A DNA stretch of 64,000 nt, from positions 1,962,539 to 2,026,538 of the forward strand of contig MU004233.1 in NCBI GenBank assembly GCA_010405405.1, given 5' to 3'. This DNA comes from Microthyrium microscopicum (taxonomy: Eukaryota). The notes beneath the pieces are model-generated. The model was not told the DNA's origin and made no database searches. It saw nothing but the letters and a program-made list of their open reading frames with translations. Below are positions 62,295 to 64,000 of this stretch, piece by piece. How positions within the stretch are numbered: the stretch's first letter is position 1; every line of letters begins with the position of its first letter. The position numbers and the translations under genes were made by a program.

Positions 62295-62998
62295 GAGAAG
62301 GAGATGCGGGATCGTACAGTGTACTGGATTGGCGAAGAGAGCAAACCATTCTAAGGCGTTGCAGCATATTGACCAGACAGACACTCTTTTCATTTGATTT
62401 TTTGGGCGTCAACAGCATATACCCATTTTTGCAAGGCTATGATTTTTTAGCAGGTCTGATTTTTGTATGCCGGTCAGCGATTGAAGCGTTTGGCGTTGGC
62501 ATAAACCACTCATTTTGATGATCAATGAGGTCTGTTGTTGTATAGTTTCTAGTTGTGTGATAATATTCAGCATTATGATATTCCGAAAACGGTGCATGCA
62601 TTTTATGCTTTAAAGTGATAATCTGAAATTAGATTGTGATGATCATTGACGACCGGGCAAGATGATGATGGGTTCTAGGAGTTGGGAGCGAAGCGTCAAT
62701 TAAAGTAGTGGCTAAGCTCAGTGTGGAATAGCTGGTAGACCGTTTGTTCCTGCCAAGGGAACGCCTCCAATTTGCCCATTCTCAGTGCTCACCAACAAGT
62801 ATTGCAACGACATCACCAATTCTTTCTTGCAATTCAACTTCACTTCTTCATCACTCTCTTTAACTTGTCTATTCCTTCTCTACATCTTGCTTCTGACCAC
62901 TTGTCTTTCCTTTAACAAGCCCTTTACGACTTCGATACCGATCTCGACCCAACGCGCCTTCTACGATCCACCCCCTTAAATCGCGTTCCAAAATCACA

Positions 62999-63816
62999 AT
63001 GCAGTTCAAATCCGTCCTCGCCGTCTTCCTCCTCTCCGCAGGCAGTGCCATTGCCAGCACAAGCCCTCCAGCATGCATGCTCGCCGCTCTCAAGTCCGTC
63101 GATCCTTATACTGAAGCCTGATGGAAAGCAGTAGACTGACGGTGTCATTTATCATTTAGCAACCAGTCCAACCCTGGTGATATCAAGGGCACCTGCAGTT
63201 CAGCAAGTGCTGTACAAAGTGCCATTGGTACAGCATGCACCGCTTCCACTGACAAAAGTGCTGCCTACTCCGCCTTTGCCGACTCGTGCAAGAGTGCAGG
63301 CGTGACAGTCCGTACGTACATATAGGAACATCCCACTCCCGCCAACAATGGCAGCTCATGTACTCAACCAACCATACATACAATTCGCTAACGAGCCTTA
63401 TAGCATCTGTCGCAGCAACCTCATCAGGAACTTCAGCATCAGGTAAAGACCCTAACCAAGAAACCCCCTCGGAGGAATATAATGCAAACCAACAACGCCT
63501 CACCCCCATCTCGGAAGACCAGTCGTCATCCGAGTCAAGCTCATCTCCATCTGATTCCCTTCATGTTACATCATCTGCTTCCTCCAAGGAGTCTGCAACT
63601 TCATCGTCTTCAACATCCACTAACCTGCTCAACTCAGGTACCGGCTCTGGCAAGGGTTCTTCTGCCACTGGAACTGCTGCTGGCTCTTCCGCTTCAGCTT
63701 CAGGCTCTGGCACCACAAAGTCCAATGCTGCGGTCCAACACACCGGCTTTGGCGCTACTGGAGTGCTCGGCGTTGCTGTTGCTGGATTCGTGGCTGGTGC
63801 GGCTATACTTTTGTAG
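62999..63816 (+). CDS. GPI-anchored Ser/Thr-rich cell-wall protein with a small N-terminal Cys domain
   Basis: Signal peptide MQFKSVLAVFLLSAGSAIA; PPACMLAAL..QSNPGDIKGTC..C..C; Ser/Thr stalk; SNAA omega-like site and hydrophobic C-terminus. Two clear introns and a possible third. Confidence 0.85.
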
Positions 63817-64000
63817 GATGGTGTATACTTTGGTTGTGTATGATTAGTTTGGAACTGCAGAAAAGGCACATCTTGCATATCGAAAGGCCACTTGATGCAT
63901 GGCACTGGATAAGTGCTTGGGCGAATAACTTTAGACTGGGATTCTTGGCGAATAGGAGCAGTATGCTCATTGTTTGGGTTTTGTCGGTGTTTGTCGGTTA

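Overview
Filamentous ascomycete (Pezizomycotina) nuclear DNA with a two-speed layout. AT-rich blocks carrying a strong RIP signature (TpA excess, CpA/TpG loss) alternate with GC-balanced gene islands. The RIP blocks contain two inverted copies of one Ty3/Gypsy chromovirus (1-7135 partial, minus; 28551-36138 complete, plus, with 162-bp LTRs and a TTAGG TSD), a probable hAT-like terminus, a RIP-destroyed multi-exon gene that hosts the second Gypsy, and a complete Mutator-like element (41729-44487). Intact genes are an Agd3-like (CE18) deacetylase with a PAN/apple-like module, a PTH11-like receptor, an F-box protein, a DHCR24-like FAD oxidoreductase, FYV4/mS41, KIN28/CDK7, a C2H2 factor, a Zn2Cys6-like factor, a secreted carboxylesterase, a Spd1/Dif1-like RNR inhibitor, a conserved membrane protein and a GPI-anchored protein. 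The standout observation is a perfect tRNA-Lys(CTT) gene interrupted at non-canonical position 31/32 by a 50-nt intron with complete spliceosomal signals (GTAAGC...CTAAC...CAG). Also notable are an antisense intron-containing gene relic inside the Gypsy, a candidate ~240-nt structured RNA, and two in-frame stop-free introns. All calls were made by eye; no alignments, folding or database searches were run.
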